Below, piece after piece: positions 1-14,439 of a stretch of DNA of 64,000 nt. The stretch comes from Eledone cirrhosa (lineage: Eukaryota). The notes beneath the pieces are model-generated. The model was not told the origin of the DNA. It searched no databases and saw only the letters and a program-made list of their open reading frames with translations. The stretch spans positions 1,364,001-1,428,000 of the forward strand of contig OZ024757.1 in assembly GCA_964016885.1 (NCBI GenBank), in the 5' to 3' direction. The translations under genes were made by a program, and so were the position numbers. Within the stretch, counting starts at the first letter, position 1, and each line of letters begins with the position of its first letter.

Positions 1-3000
1 ACACACCTGTACCAGTAGACTGAGGTGGAACAACACAGCTGTACCAGTAGACTGAGGTAGAACAACACACCTGTACCTGTAGACTGAGGTGGAACAACAC
101 ACCTGTACCAGTAGACTGAGGTGGAACAACACAGCTGTACCAGTCGACTGAGGTAGAACAACACACCTGTACCTGTAGACTGGGGTGGAACAACACACCT
201 GTACCAGTAGACTGGGGTGGGACAACACACCTGTACCTGTAGACTGAGGTGGAACAACACAGCTGTACCAGTAGACTGGGGTAGAACAACACACCTGTAC
301 CAGTAGACTGGGGTGGGACAACACAGCTGTACCAGTAGACTGAGGTAGCACAACACACCTGTACCAGTAGACTGAGGTGGAACAACACAGCTGTACCAGT
401 AGACTGAGGTAGAACAACACACCTGTACCTCTAGACTGAGGTGGAACAACACACCTGTACCAGTAGACTGAGGTGGAACAACACAGCTGTACCAGTAGAC
501 TGAGGTAGAACAACACACCTGTACCTGTAGACTGGGGTGGAACAACACACCTGTACCAGTAGACTGGGGTGGGACAACACACATGTACCTGTAGACTGAG
601 GTAGAACAACACACCTGTACCAGTAGACTGAGGTAGAACACACCTGTACCTGTAGACTGGGGTGGAACAACACACCTGTACCAGTAGACTGAGGTGGAAC
701 AACACAGCTGTACCAGTAGACTGAGGTAGAACACACCTGTACCTGTAGACTGGGGTGGAACAACACACCTGTACCAGTAGACTGGGGTGGGACAACACAC
801 CTGTACCTGTAGACTGAGGTAGAACAACACACCTGTACCAGTAGACTGAAGTGGAACACACCTGTACCAGTAGACTGAGGTGGAACAACACACCTGTACC
901 AGTAGACTGAGGTGGAACAACACAGCTGTACCAGTAGACTGAGGTAGAACAACACACCTGTACCTGTAGACTGAGGTAGAACAACACACCTGTAACTGTA
1001 GACTGAGGTGGAACAACACACCTGTACCAGTAGACTGGGGTGAGACAACACACCTGTACCTGTAGACTGAGGTAGAACAACACACCTGTACCAGTAGACT
1101 GAGGTAGAACACACCTGTACCTGTAGACTGGGGTAGAACAACACACTTGTACCAGTAGACTGGGGTAGAACAACACACCTGTACCTGTAGACTGGGGTAG
1201 AACAACACACCTGTACCTGTAGACTGAACAACACACCTGTACCTGTAGACTGGGGTGGAACAACACACCTGTACCTGTAGACTGAACAACACACCTGTAC
1301 CTGTGACTGGAGTGGAACAACACACCTGTACCTGTAGACTGCAATAGAACAACACACCTGTACCTGTAGACTGAGGTAGAACAACACACCTGTACCTGTA
1401 GACTGGGGTGGAACAACACACCTGTACCTGTAGACTGGGGTGGAACAACACACCTGTAGACTGAGGTGGAACAACACACCTGTACCTGTAGACTGGGGTA
1501 GAACAACATACCTGTACCAGTAGACTGGGGTAGAACAACACACCTGTACCTGTAGACTGAGGTAGAACAACACACCTGTACCTGTAGACTGAACAACACA
1601 CCTGTACCTGTAGACTGAGGTAGAACAACACACCTGTATCTGTAGACTGGGGTAGAACAACACACCTGCACCAGTAGATTGAGGTGGAACAACACACCTG
1701 TACCTGTAGACTGGGGTGGAACAACACACCTGTACCTATAGACTGAGGTGGAACAGCATACCTGTACCTGTAGACTGGGGTGGGACAACACACCTGTACC
1801 TGTAGACTGGGGTGGAACAACACACCTGTACCTGTAGACTGAGGTAGAACAACACATCTGTACCAGTAGACTGAGGTAGAACACACCTGTACCTGTAGAC
1901 TGGGGTAGAACAACACACCTGTACCAGTAGACTGAAGTGGAACAACACACCTGTACCAGTAGACTGGCGTGGGACAACACACCTGTACATGTAGACTGAG
2001 GTAGAACAACACACCTGTACCAGTAGACTGGGGTAGAACAACACACCTGTACCTGTAGACTGGGGTAGAACAGCACACCTGTACCTGTAGACTGGGGTAG
2101 AACAACACACCTGTACCTGTAGACTGAGGGAGAACAACACACCTGTACCTGTAGACTGAACAACACACCTGTACCTGTAAACTGGGGTAGAACAACACAC
2201 CTGTACCTGTAGACTGGGGTCAAACAACACACCTGTACCTGTAGACTGGGGTAGAACAACACACCTGTACCTGTAGTCTGGGGTAAAAAAACACACCTGT
2301 ACCTGTAGACTGGGGTAGAACAACACACCTGTACCTGTAGACTGGGGTAGAACAACACACCTGTACCAGTAGACTGGGGTAGAACAACACACCTGTACCT
2401 GTAGACTGGGGTAGAACAACACACCTGTACCTGTAGACTGAGGGAGAACAACACACCTGTACCTGTAGACTGAACAACACACCTGTACCTGTAAACTGGG
2501 GTAGAACAACACACCTGTACCTGTAGACTGGGGTCAAACAACACACCTGTACCTGTAGACTGGGGTAGAACAACACACCTGTACCTGTAGACTGGGGTGG
2601 AACAACATACCTGTACCTGTAGACTGAGGTAGAACAACACACCTGTACCTGTAGACTGGGGTGGAACAACACACCTGTACCAGTAGACTGAGGTAGAACA
2701 ACACACCTGTATCTGTAGACTGAGGTAGAACAACACACCTGTACCTGTAGACTGAGGCAGAACACACCTGTACCTGTAGACTGGGGTGGAACAACACACC
2801 TGTACCTGTAGACTGGGGTAGAACAACACACCTGTACCAGTAGACTGAAGTGGAACACACCTGTACCAGTAGACTGGGGTGGAACATCACACCTGTACCT
2901 GTAGACTGGGGTGGAACAACATACCTGTACCTGTAGACTGAGGTAGAACAACACACCTGTACCTGTAGACTGGGGTAGAACAACACACCTGTACCTGTAG

Positions 3001-5490
3001 ACTGAGGCAGAACACACCTGTACCTGTAGACTGGGGTGGAACAACACACCTGTACCTGTAGACTGGGGTAGAACAACACACCTGTACCAGTAGACTGAAG
3101 TGGAACACACCTGTACCAGTAGACTGAGGTGGAACAACACACCTGTACCAGTAGACTGAGGTAGAACAACACACCTGTATCTGTAGACTGAGGTAGAACA
3201 ACACACCTGTACCTGTAGACTGAGGTGGAACAACACACCTGTACCAGTAGACTGAAGTGGAACACACCTGTACCAGTAGACTGAGGTGGAACAACACACC
3301 TGTACCTGTAGACTGAGGTGGAACAACACAGCTGTACCAGTAGACTGGGGTAGAACAACACACCTGTACCAGTAGACTGAAGTGGAACAACACACCTGTA
3401 CCTGTAGAGTGAGGTGGAACAACACAGCTGTACCAGTAGACTGAGGTAGAACAACACACCTGTACCTGTAGACTGAGGTGGAACAACACACCTGTACCAA
3501 TAGACTGAGGTGGAACAACACAGCTGTACCAGTAGACTGAGGTAGAACAACACACCTGTACCTGTAGACTGGGGTGGAACAACACACCTGTACCAGTAGA
3601 CTGGGGTGGGACAACACACCTGTACCTGTAGACTGAGGTGGAACAACACAGCTGTACCAGTAGACTGGGGTAGAACAACACACCTGTACCAGTAGACTGA
3701 AGTGGAACAACACACCTGTACCAGTAGACTGAGGTGGAACAACACAGCTGTACCAGTAGACTGAGGTAGAACAACACACCTGTACCTGTAGACTGAGGTG
3801 GAACAACACACCTGTACCAGTAGACTGAGGTGGAACAACACAGCTGTACCAGTAGACTGAGGTAGAACAACACACCTGTACCTGTAGACTGGGGTGGAAC
3901 AACACACCTGTACCAGTAGACTGGGGTGGGACAACACACCTGTACCTGTAGACTGAGGTGGAACAACACAGCTGTACCAGTAGACTGGGGTAGAACAACA
4001 CACCTGTACCAGTAGACTGGGGTGGGACAACACAGCTGTACCAGTAGACTGAGGTAGCACAACACACCTGTACCAGTAGACTGAGGTGGAACAACACAGC
4101 TGTACCAGTAGACTGAGGTAGAACAACACACCTGTACCTCTAGACTGAGGTGGAACAACACACCTGTACCAGTAGACTGAGGTGGAACAACACAGCTGTA
4201 CCAGTAGACTGAGGTAGAACAACACACCTGTACCTGTAGACTGGGGTGGAACAACACACCTGTACCAGTAGACTGGGGTGGGACAACACACATGTACCTG
4301 TAGACTGAGGTAGAACAACACACCTGTACCAGTAGACTGAGGTAGAACACACCTGTACCTGTAGACTGGGGTGGAACAACACACCTGTACCAGTAGACTG
4401 AGGTGGAACAACACAGCTGTACCAGTAGACTGAGGTAGAACACACCTGTACCTGTAGACTGGGGTGGAACAACACACCTGTACCAGTAGACTGGGGTGGG
4501 ACAACACACCTGTACCTGTAGACTGAGGTAGAACAACACACCTGTACCAGTAGACTGAAGTGGAACACACCTGTACCAGTAGACTGAGGTGGAACAACAC
4601 ACCTGTACCAGTAGACTGAGGTGGAACAACACAGCTGTACCAGTAGACTGAGGTAGAACAACACACCTGTACCTGTAGACTGAGGTAGAACAACACACCT
4701 GTAACTGTAGACTGAGGTGGAACAACACACCTGTACCAGTAGACTGGGGTGAGACAACACACCTGTACCTGTAGACTGAGGTAGAACAACACACCTGTAC
4801 CAGTAGACTGAGGTAGAACACACCTGTACCTGTAGACTGGGGTAGAACAACACACTTGTACCAGTAGACTGGGGTAGAACAACACACCTGTACCTGTAGA
4901 CTGGGGTAGAACAACACACCTGTACCTGTAGACTGAACAACACACCTGTACCTGTAGACTGGGGTGGAACAACACACCTGTACCTGTAGACTGAACAACA
5001 CACCTGTACCTGTGACTGGAGTGGAACAACACACCTGTACCTGTAGACTGGAATAGAACAACACACCTGTACCTGTAGACTGAGGTAGAACAACACACCT
5101 GTACCTGTAGACTGGGGTGGAACAACACACCTGTACCTGTAGACTGGGGTGGAACAACACACCTGTAGACTGAGGTGGAACAACACACCTGTACCTGTAG
5201 ACTGGGGTAGAACAACATACCTGTACCAGTAGACTGGGGTAGAACAACACACCTGTACCTGTAGACTGAGGTAGAACAACACACCTGTACCTGTAGACTG
5301 AACAACACACCTGTACCTGTAGACTGAGGTAGAACAACACACCTGTATCTGTAGACTGGGGTAGAACAACACACCTGCACCAGTAGATTGAGGTGGAACA
5401 ACACACCTGTACCTATAGACTGAGGTGGAACAGCATACCTGTACCTGTAGACTGGGGTGGGACAACACACCTGTACCTGTAGACTGGGGT
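1..5490. repeat. ~3.7-kb duplication within the 32-bp array (1-~1810 recurs at ~3710-5490)
   Basis: Rare variants recur in the same order at a 3709-bp offset: GTAGCAC, CCTCTAGA (ORF stops at 431 and 4140), CACATGTAC, GTAACTG, GTGAGAC, CACTTG, CTGTGACTGGAG, CCTGCACCAGTAGATTG. The offset becomes 3677 (one monomer fewer) at the CCTATAG variant (1736 vs 5413). Confidence 0.9.
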
Positions 5491-5964
5491 GGAACAACAC
5501 ACCTGTACCTGTAGAGTGGAGTAGAACAACACACCTGTACCTGTAGACTGGGGTGGAACAACATACCTGTACCTGTAGACTGAGGTAGAACAACACACCT
5601 GTACCTGTAGACTGAGGTAGAACAACACACCTGTACCTGTAGACTGGGGTGGAACAACATACCTGTACCTGTAGACTGAGATAGAACAACACATCTGTAC
5701 CTGTAGACTGAGATAGAACAACACACCTGTACCTGTAGACTGGGGTGGAACAACACACCTGTAGACTGGGGTGGAACAACACAGCTGTACCAGTAGGCTG
5801 AGGTGGAACAACACACCTGTACCAGTAGACTGAGGTGGAACAACACACCTGTACCAGTAGACTGAAGTGGAACACACCTGTACCAGTAGACTGAGGTAGA
5901 ACAACACACCTGTACCAGTAGACTGAAGTGGAACACCACACCTGTACCAGTAGACTGAGGTGGA

Positions 5965-7415
5965 ACAACACACCTGTACCAGTAGACTGAAGTGGAACAA
6001 CACACCTGTACCAGTAGACTGAGGTGGAACAACACACCTGTACCTGTAGACTGAAGTGGAACAACACACCTGTACCTGTAGACTGAAGTGGAACAACACA
6101 CCTGTACCAGTAGACTGAGGTGGAACAACACACCTGTACCTGTAGACTGAGGTGGAACAACACACCTGTACCAGTAGACTGAGGTGGAACAACACAGCTG
6201 TACCTGTAGACTGAAGTGGAACAACACACCTGTACCTGTAGACTGAAGTGGAACAACACACCTGTACCTGTAGACTGAGGTAGAACAACACACCTGTATC
6301 TGTAGACTGAGGTAGAACAACACACCTGTACCAGTAGACTGAGGTGGAACAACACACCTGTACCAGTAGACTGAGGTGGAACAACACAGCTGTACCAGTA
6401 GACTGAGGTGGAACAACACACCTGTACCTGTAGACTGAGGTAGAACAACACACCTGTACCAGTAGACTGAGGTAGAACAACACACCTGTACCAGTAGACT
6501 GAGGTAGAACAACACACCTGTACCAGTAGACTGGGGTGGGACAACACACCTGTACCTGTAGACTGAAGTGGAACAACACAGCTGTACCAGTAGACTGAGG
6601 TCGAACAACACACCTGTACCAGTAGACTGAGGTAGAACAACACACCTGTACCAGTAGACTGAGGTAGAACAACACACCTGTACCTGTAGACTGAGGTAGA
6701 ACAACACACCTGTACCAGTAGACTGAAGTGGAACAACACACCTGTACCAGTAGACTGAGGTGGAACAACACACCTGTACCTGTAGACTGAAGTGGAACAA
6801 CACACCTGTACCTGTAGACTGAAGTGGAACAACACACCTGTACCAGTAGACTGAGGTGGAACAACACACCTGTACCTGTAGACTGAGGTGGAACAACACA
6901 CCTGTACCAGTAGACTGAGGTGGAACAACACAGCTGTACCTGTAGACTGAAGTGGAACAACACACCTGTACCTGTAGACTGAAGTGGAACAACACACCTG
7001 TACCTGTAGACTGAGGTAGAACAACACACCTGTATCTGTAGACTGAGGTAGAACAACACACCTGTACCAGTAGACTGAGGTGGAACAACACACCTGTACC
7101 AGTAGACTGAGGTGGAACAACACAGCTGTACCAGTAGACTGAGGTGGAACAACACACCTGTACCTGTAGACTGAGGTAGAACAACACACCTGTACCAGTA
7201 GACTGAGGTAGAACAACACACCTGTACCAGTAGACTGAGGTAGAACAACACACCTGTACCAGTAGACTGGGGTGGGACAACACACCTGTACCTGTAGACT
7301 GAAGTGGAACAACACAGCTGTACCAGTAGACTGAGGTCGAACAACACACCTGTACCAGTAGACTGAGGTAGAACAACACACCTGTACCAGTAGACTGAGG
7401 TAGAACAACACACCT
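5965..7415. repeat. 736-bp (23-monomer) higher-order tandem duplication, two copies
   Basis: The rare GAGGTCGAAC variant has its TCG at 6601 and 7337 (736 = 23 x 32), and the flanking monomer-variant order matches. Confidence 0.85.
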
Positions 7416-10400
7416 GTATCTGTAGACTGAGGTAGAACAACACACCTGTACCAGTAGACTGAGGTGGAACAACACACCTGTACCTGTAGACTGAAGTGGA
7501 ACAACACAGCTGTACCAGTAGACTGAGGTAGAACAACACACCTGTACCAGTAGACTGAGGTAGAACAACACACCTGTACCAGTAGACTGGGGTAGAACAA
7601 CACACCTGTACCAGTAGACTGAAGTGGAACAACACACCTGTACCTGTAGACTGAGGTGGAACAACACACCTGTACCTGTAGACTGAGGTAGAACAACACA
7701 GCTGTACCAGTAGACTGAAGTGGAACAACACACCTGTACCTGTAGACTGAGGTGGAACAACACACCTGTACCAGTAGACTGAAGCGGAACAACACACCTG
7801 TACCTGTAGACTGAGGTGGAACAACACACCTGTACCAGTAGACTGAAGTGGAACAACACACCTGTACCTGTAGACTGGGGTGGGACAACACACCTGTACC
7901 TGTAGACTGAGGTAGAACAACACACCTGTACCAGTAGACTGAGGTGGAACAACACACCTGTACCAGTAGACTGAGGTGGAACAACACACCTGTACCAGTA
8001 GACTGAGGTGGAACAACACACCTGTACCAGTAGACTGGGGTGGGACAACACACCTGTACCTGTAGACTGAGGTAGAACAACACACCTGTACCAGTAGACT
8101 GAGGTAGAACACACCTGTACCTGTAGACTGGGGTAGAACAACACACCTGTACCAGTAGACTGAAGTGGAACAACACACCTGTACCAGTAGACTGAGGTGG
8201 AACAACACACCTGTACCAGTAGACTGAGGTGGAACAACACACCTGTACCTGTAGACTGAGGTGGAACAACACACCTGTACCTGTAGACTGAGGTGGAACA
8301 ACACACCTGTACCTGTAGACTGAGGTAGAACAACACACCTGTACCTGTAGACTGGGGTGGAACAACACACCTGTACCTGTAGACTGAAGTGGAACAACAC
8401 ACCTGTACCAGTATACTGAGGTGGAACAACACACCTGTACCTGTAGACTGGGGTGGAACAACACACCTGTACCAGTAGACTGGGGTGGAACACACCTGTA
8501 CCTGTAGACTGGGGTAGAACAACACACCTGTACCAGTAGACTGAAGTGGAACACACCTGTACCAGTAGACTGAGGTGGAACAACACACCTGTACCAGTAG
8601 ACTGAAGTGGAACAACACACCTGTACCAGTAGACTGAGGTAGAACAACACACCTGTACCAGTAGACTGAGGTGGAACAACACACCTGTACCAGTAGACTG
8701 AGGTAGAACAACACACCTGTACCTGTAGACTGAGGTAGAACACACCTGTACCAGTAGACTGAGGTAGAACACACCTGTACCTGTAGACTGGGGTAGAACA
8801 ACACACCTGTACCTGTAGACTGGGGTAGAACAACACACCTGTACCAGTAGACTGGGGTGGAACAACACACCTGTACCTGTAGACTGAAGTGGAACAACAC
8901 ACCTGTACCAGTAGACTGAAGTGGAACAACACACCTGTACCAGTAGACTGAGGTGGAACAACACAGCTGTACCAGTAGACTGAAGTGGAACAACACACCT
9001 GTACCTGTAGACTGAGGTAGAACAACACACCTGTATCTGTAGACTGAGGTAGAACAACACACCTGTACCAGTAGACTGAGGTGGAACAACACACCTGTAC
9101 CTGTAGACTGAGGTAGAACAACACACCTGTATCTGTAGACTGAGGTACAACAACACACCTGTACCTGTAGACTGGGGTAGAACAACACACCTGTACCTGT
9201 AGACTGAAGTGGAACAACACACCTGTACCAGTAGACTGAGGTGGAACAACACACCTGTACCTGTAGACTGGGGTAGAACAACACACCTGTACCAGTAGAC
9301 TGAGGTAGAACAACACACCTGTACCTGTAGACTGAGGTGGAACAACACACCTGTACCAGTAGACTGGGGTGGGACAACACACCTGTACCTGTAGACTGAG
9401 GTAGAACAACACACCTGTACCAGTAGACTGAGGTAGAACAACACACCTGTATCTGTAGACTGAGGTAGAACAACACACCTGTACCAGTAGACTGAGGTGG
9501 AACAACACACCTGTACCTGTAGACTGAAGTGGAACAACACAGCTGTACCAGTAGACTGAGGTAGAACAACACACCTGTACCAGTAGACTGAGGTAGAACA
9601 ACACACCTGTACCAGTAGACTGGGGTAGAACAACACACCTGTACCAGTAGACTGAAGTGGAACAACACACCTGTACCTGTAGACTGAGGTGGAACAACAC
9701 ACCTGTACCTGTAGACTGAGGTAGAACAACACAGCTGTACCAGTAGACTGAAGTGGAACAACACACCTGTACCTGTAGACTGAGGTGGAACAACACACCT
9801 GTACCAGTAGACTGAAGCGGAACAACACACCTGTACCTGTAGACTGAGGTGGAACAACACACCTGTACCAGTAGACTGAAGTGGAACAACACACCTGTAC
9901 CTGTAGACTGGGGTGGGACAACACACCTGTACCTGTAGACTGAGGTAGAACAACACACCTGTACCAGTAGACTGAGGTGGAACAACACACCTGTACCAGT
10001 AGACTGAGGTGGAACAACACACCTGTACCAGTAGACTGAGGTGGAACAACACACCTGTACCAGTAGACTGGGGTGGGACAACACACCTGTACCTGTAGAC
10101 TGAGGTAGAACAACACACCTGTACCAGTAGACTGAGGTAGAACACACCTGTACCTGTAGACTGGGGTAGAACAACACACCTGTACCAGTAGACTGAAGTG
10201 GAACAACACACCTGTACCAGTAGACTGAGGTGGAACAACACACCTGTACCAGTAGACTGAGGTGGAACAACACACCTGTACCTGTAGACTGAGGTGGAAC
10301 AACACACCTGTACCTGTAGACTGAGGTGGAACAACACACCTGTACCTGTAGACTGAGGTAGAACAACACACCTGTACCTGTAGACTGGGGTGGAACAACA

Positions 10401-11445
10401 CACCTGTACCTGTAGACTGAAGTGGAACAACACACCTGTACCAGTATACTGAGGTGGAACAACACACCTGTACCTGTAGACTGGGGTGGAACAACACACC
10501 TGTACCAGTAGACTGGGGTGGAACACACCTGTACCTGTAGACTGGGGTAGAACAACACACCTGTACCAGTAGACTGAAGTGGAACACACCTGTACCAGTA
10601 GACTGAGGTGGAACAACACACCTGTACCAGTAGACTGAAGTGGAACAACACACCTGTACCAGTAGACTGAGGTAGAACAACACACCTGTACCAGTAGACT
10701 GAGGTGGAACAACACACCTGTACCAGTAGACTGAGGTAGAACAACACACCTGTACCTGTAGACTGAGGTAGAACACACCTGTACCAGTAGACTGAGGTAG
10801 AACACACCTGTACCTGTAGACTGGGGTAGAACAACACACCTGTACCTGTAGACTGGGGTAGAACAACACACCTGTACCAGTAGACTGGGGTGGAACAACA
10901 CACCTGTACCTGTAGACTGAAGTGGAACAACACACCTGTACCAGTAGACTGAAGTGGAACAACACACCTGTACCAGTAGACTGAGGTGGAACAACACAGC
11001 TGTACCAGTAGACTGAAGTGGAACAACACACCTGTACCTGTAGACTGAGGTAGAACAACACACCTGTATCTGTAGACTGAGGTAGAACAACACACCTGTA
11101 CCAGTAGACTGAGGTGGAACAACACACCTGTACCTGTAGACTGAGGTAGAACAACACACCTGTATCTGTAGACTGAGGTAGAACAACACACCTGTACCTG
11201 TAGACTGGGGTAGAACAACACACCTGTACCTGTAGACTGAAGTGGAACAACACACCTGTACCAGTAGACTGAGGTGGAACAACACACCTGTACCTGTAGA
11301 CTGGGGTAGAACAACACACCTGTACCAGTAGACTGAGGTAGAACAACACACCTGTACCTGTAGACTGAGGTGGAACAACACACCTGTACCAGTAGACTGG
11401 GGTGGGACAACACACCTGTACCTGTAGACTGAGGTAGAACAACAC
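7358..11445. repeat. 2033-bp (64-monomer) higher-order tandem duplication, two near-identical copies
   Basis: GAAGCGG occurs at 7781 and 9814, and GTATACT at 8411 and 10444 (both offset 2033). 2033 = 64 x 32 - 5 x 3, and exactly five 29-bp monomers occur per unit. One visible difference is GGTACAAC at ~9147 vs GGTAGAAC in copy 2. Confidence 0.92.
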
Positions 11446-14439
11446 ATCTGTACCAGTAGACTGAGGTAGAACACACCTGTACCTGTAGACTGGGGTAGAA
11501 CAACACACCTGTACCAGTAGACTGGGGTGGGACAACACACCTGTACCTGTAGACTGAGGTAGAACAACACATCTGTACCAGTAGACTGAGGTAGAACACA
11601 GCTGTACCTGTAGACTGGGGTGGAACAACACACCTGTACCAGTAGACTGAAGTGGAACAACACACCTGTACCAGTAGACTGGGGTGGGACAACACACCTG
11701 TACCTGTAGACTGAGGTAGAACAACACACCTGTACCAGTAGACTGGGGTAGAACAACACACCTGTACCTGTAGACTGGGGTAGAATAGCACACCTGTACC
11801 TGTAGACTGGGGTAGAACAACACACCTGTACCTGTAGACTGAGGGAGAACAACACACCTGTACCTGTAGACTGAACAACACACCTGTACCTGTAAACTGG
11901 GGTAGAACAACACACCTGTACCTGTAAACTGGGGTCAAACAACACACCTTTACCTGTAGACTGGGGTAGAACAACACACCTGTACCTGTAGTCTGGGGTA
12001 AAAAAACACACCTGTACCTGTAGACTGGGGTAGAACAACACACCTGTACCTGTAGACTGGGGTAGAACAACACACCTGTACCAGTAGACTGGGGTAGAAC
12101 AACACACCTGTACCTGTAGACTGGGGTAGAACAACACACCTGTACCTGTAGACTGGGGTCGAACAATACACCTGTACCTGTAGACTGGGGTGGAACAACA
12201 CACCTGTACCTGTAGACTGGGGTAGAACAACATACCTGTACCAGTAGACAGGGGTAGAACAACACACCTGTACCTGTAGACTGAGGTAGAACAACACACC
12301 TGTACCTGTAGACTGAACAACACACCTGTACCTGTAGACTGAGGTAGAACAACACACCTGTATCTGTAGACTGGGGTAGAACAACACACCTGCACCAGTA
12401 GATTGAGGTGGAACAACACACCTGTACCTGTAGACTGGGGTGGAACAACACACCTGTACCTATAGGTTGAGGTGGAACAGCATACCTGTACCTGTAGACT
12501 GGGGTGGAACAACACACCTGTACCTGTAGACTGGGGTGGAACAACACACCTGTACCTGTAGACTGAGGTAGAACAACACACCTGTACCTGTAGACTGAGG
12601 TGGAACACACCTGTACCTGTAGACTGGGGTGGAACAACACACCTGTACCTGTAGACTGGAGTAGAACAACACACCTGTACCTGTAGACTGGGGTGGAACA
12701 ACATACCTGTACCTGTAGACTGAGGTAGAACAACACACCTGTACCTGTAGACTGATGTAGAACAACACACCTGTACCTGTAGACTGGGGTGGAACAACAT
12801 ACCTGTACCTGTAGACTGAGATAGAACAACACACCTGTACCTGTAGACTGGGGTGGAACAACACACCTGTAGACTGGGGTGGAACAACACACCTGTACCT
12901 GTAGACTGGGGTAGAACAACACACCTGTACCTGTAGACTGAGGTAGAACACACCTGTACCTGTAGACTGGGGTAGAACAACACACCTGTACCAGTAGACT
13001 GAAGTGGAACACACCTGTAGCAGTAGTCTGAGGTGGAACAACACACCTGTACCTGTAGACTGGGGTGGAACAACACACCTGTACCTGTAGACTGAGGTGG
13101 AACAACACAGCTGTACCTGTAGACTGAGGTGGAACAACACAGCTGTACCTGTAGACTGAGGTGGAACAACACAGCTGTACCTGTAGACTGGGGTAGAACA
13201 ACACACCTGTACCTGTAGACTGAGGTGGAACAACACACCTGTACCAGTAGACTGAGGTGGAACAACGCAGCTGTACCTGTAGACTGGGGTAGAACAACAC
13301 ACCTGTACCTGTAGACTGAGGTGGAACAACACACCTGTACCAGTAGACTGAGGTGGAACAACACACCTGTACCAGTAGACTGAGGTGGAACAACACAGCT
13401 GTACCAGTATACTGAAGTGGAACAACACACCTGTACCAGTAGACTGAGGTGGAACAACACACCTGTACCAGTAGACTGAGGTGGAACAACACAGCTGTAC
13501 CAGTAGACTGAGGTAGAACAACACACCTGTATCTGTAGACTGAGGTAGAACAACACACCTGTACCTGTAGACTGAGGTGGAACAACACACCTGTACCAGT
13601 AGACTGGGGTGGGACAACACACCTGTACCTGTAGACTGAGGTAGAACAACACACCTGTACCAGTAGACTGAGGTAGAACACACCTGTACCTGTAGACTGG
13701 GGTAGAACAACACACCTGTACCAGTAGACTGAAGTGGAACAACACACCTGTACCAGTAGACTGGGGTGGGACAACACACCTGTACCTGTAGACTGAGGTA
13801 GAACAACACACCTGTATCAGTAGACTGGGGTAGAACAACACACCTGTACCTGTAGAATGGGGTAGAACAGCACACCTGTACCTGTAGACTGGGGTAGAAC
13901 AACACACCTGTACCTGTAGACTGAGGGAGAACAACACACCTGTACCTGTAGACTGAACAACACACCTGTACCTGTAGACTGGGGTAGAACAACACACCTG
14001 TACCTGTAGACTGGGGTCGAACAACACACCTGTACCTGTAGACTGGGGTAGAACAACACACCTGTACCTGTAGTCTGGGGTAAAAAAACACACCTGTACC
14101 TGTAGACTGGGGTAGAACAACACACCTGTACCTGTAGACTGGGGTAGAACAACACACCTGTACCAGTAGACTGGGGTAGAACAACACACCTGTACCTGTA
14201 GACTGGGGTAGAACAACACACCTGTACCTGTAGACTGGGGTCGAACAATACACCTGTACCTGTAGACTGGGGTAGAACAACACACCTGTACCTGTAGACT
14301 GGGGTAGAACAACACACCTGTACCTGTAGTTTGGGGTAGAACAACACACCTGTAGCTGTAGACTGGGTTAAAACAACACATCTGTACCAGTAGACTGAGG
14401 TGGAACAACACACCTGTACCTGTAGACTGGGGTAGAACA

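Larger units (their letters stand above)
1..14439. repeat. 32-bp tandem satellite/minisatellite array, ~455 monomers, head-to-tail, truncated by the window start
   Basis: Consensus AACAACACACCTGTACC[T/A]GTAGACTG[A/G][G/A]GT[A/G]G repeats without interruption up to ...GGGGTAGAACA at 14439. The minus-strand translation repeats every 32 aa (3 x 32 nt). Length variants are 29 bp (AAC lost), 26 bp (TACCTG lost, or AGGTAG lost) and a rare 31 bp. Confidence 0.99.

Noticed and set aside
1-14439. G-quadruplex or telomere-like array from GGGGTGGG variants
   Set aside because: G-runs are separated by ~25-nt loops and are absent from most monomers. There is no canonical telomeric repeat.
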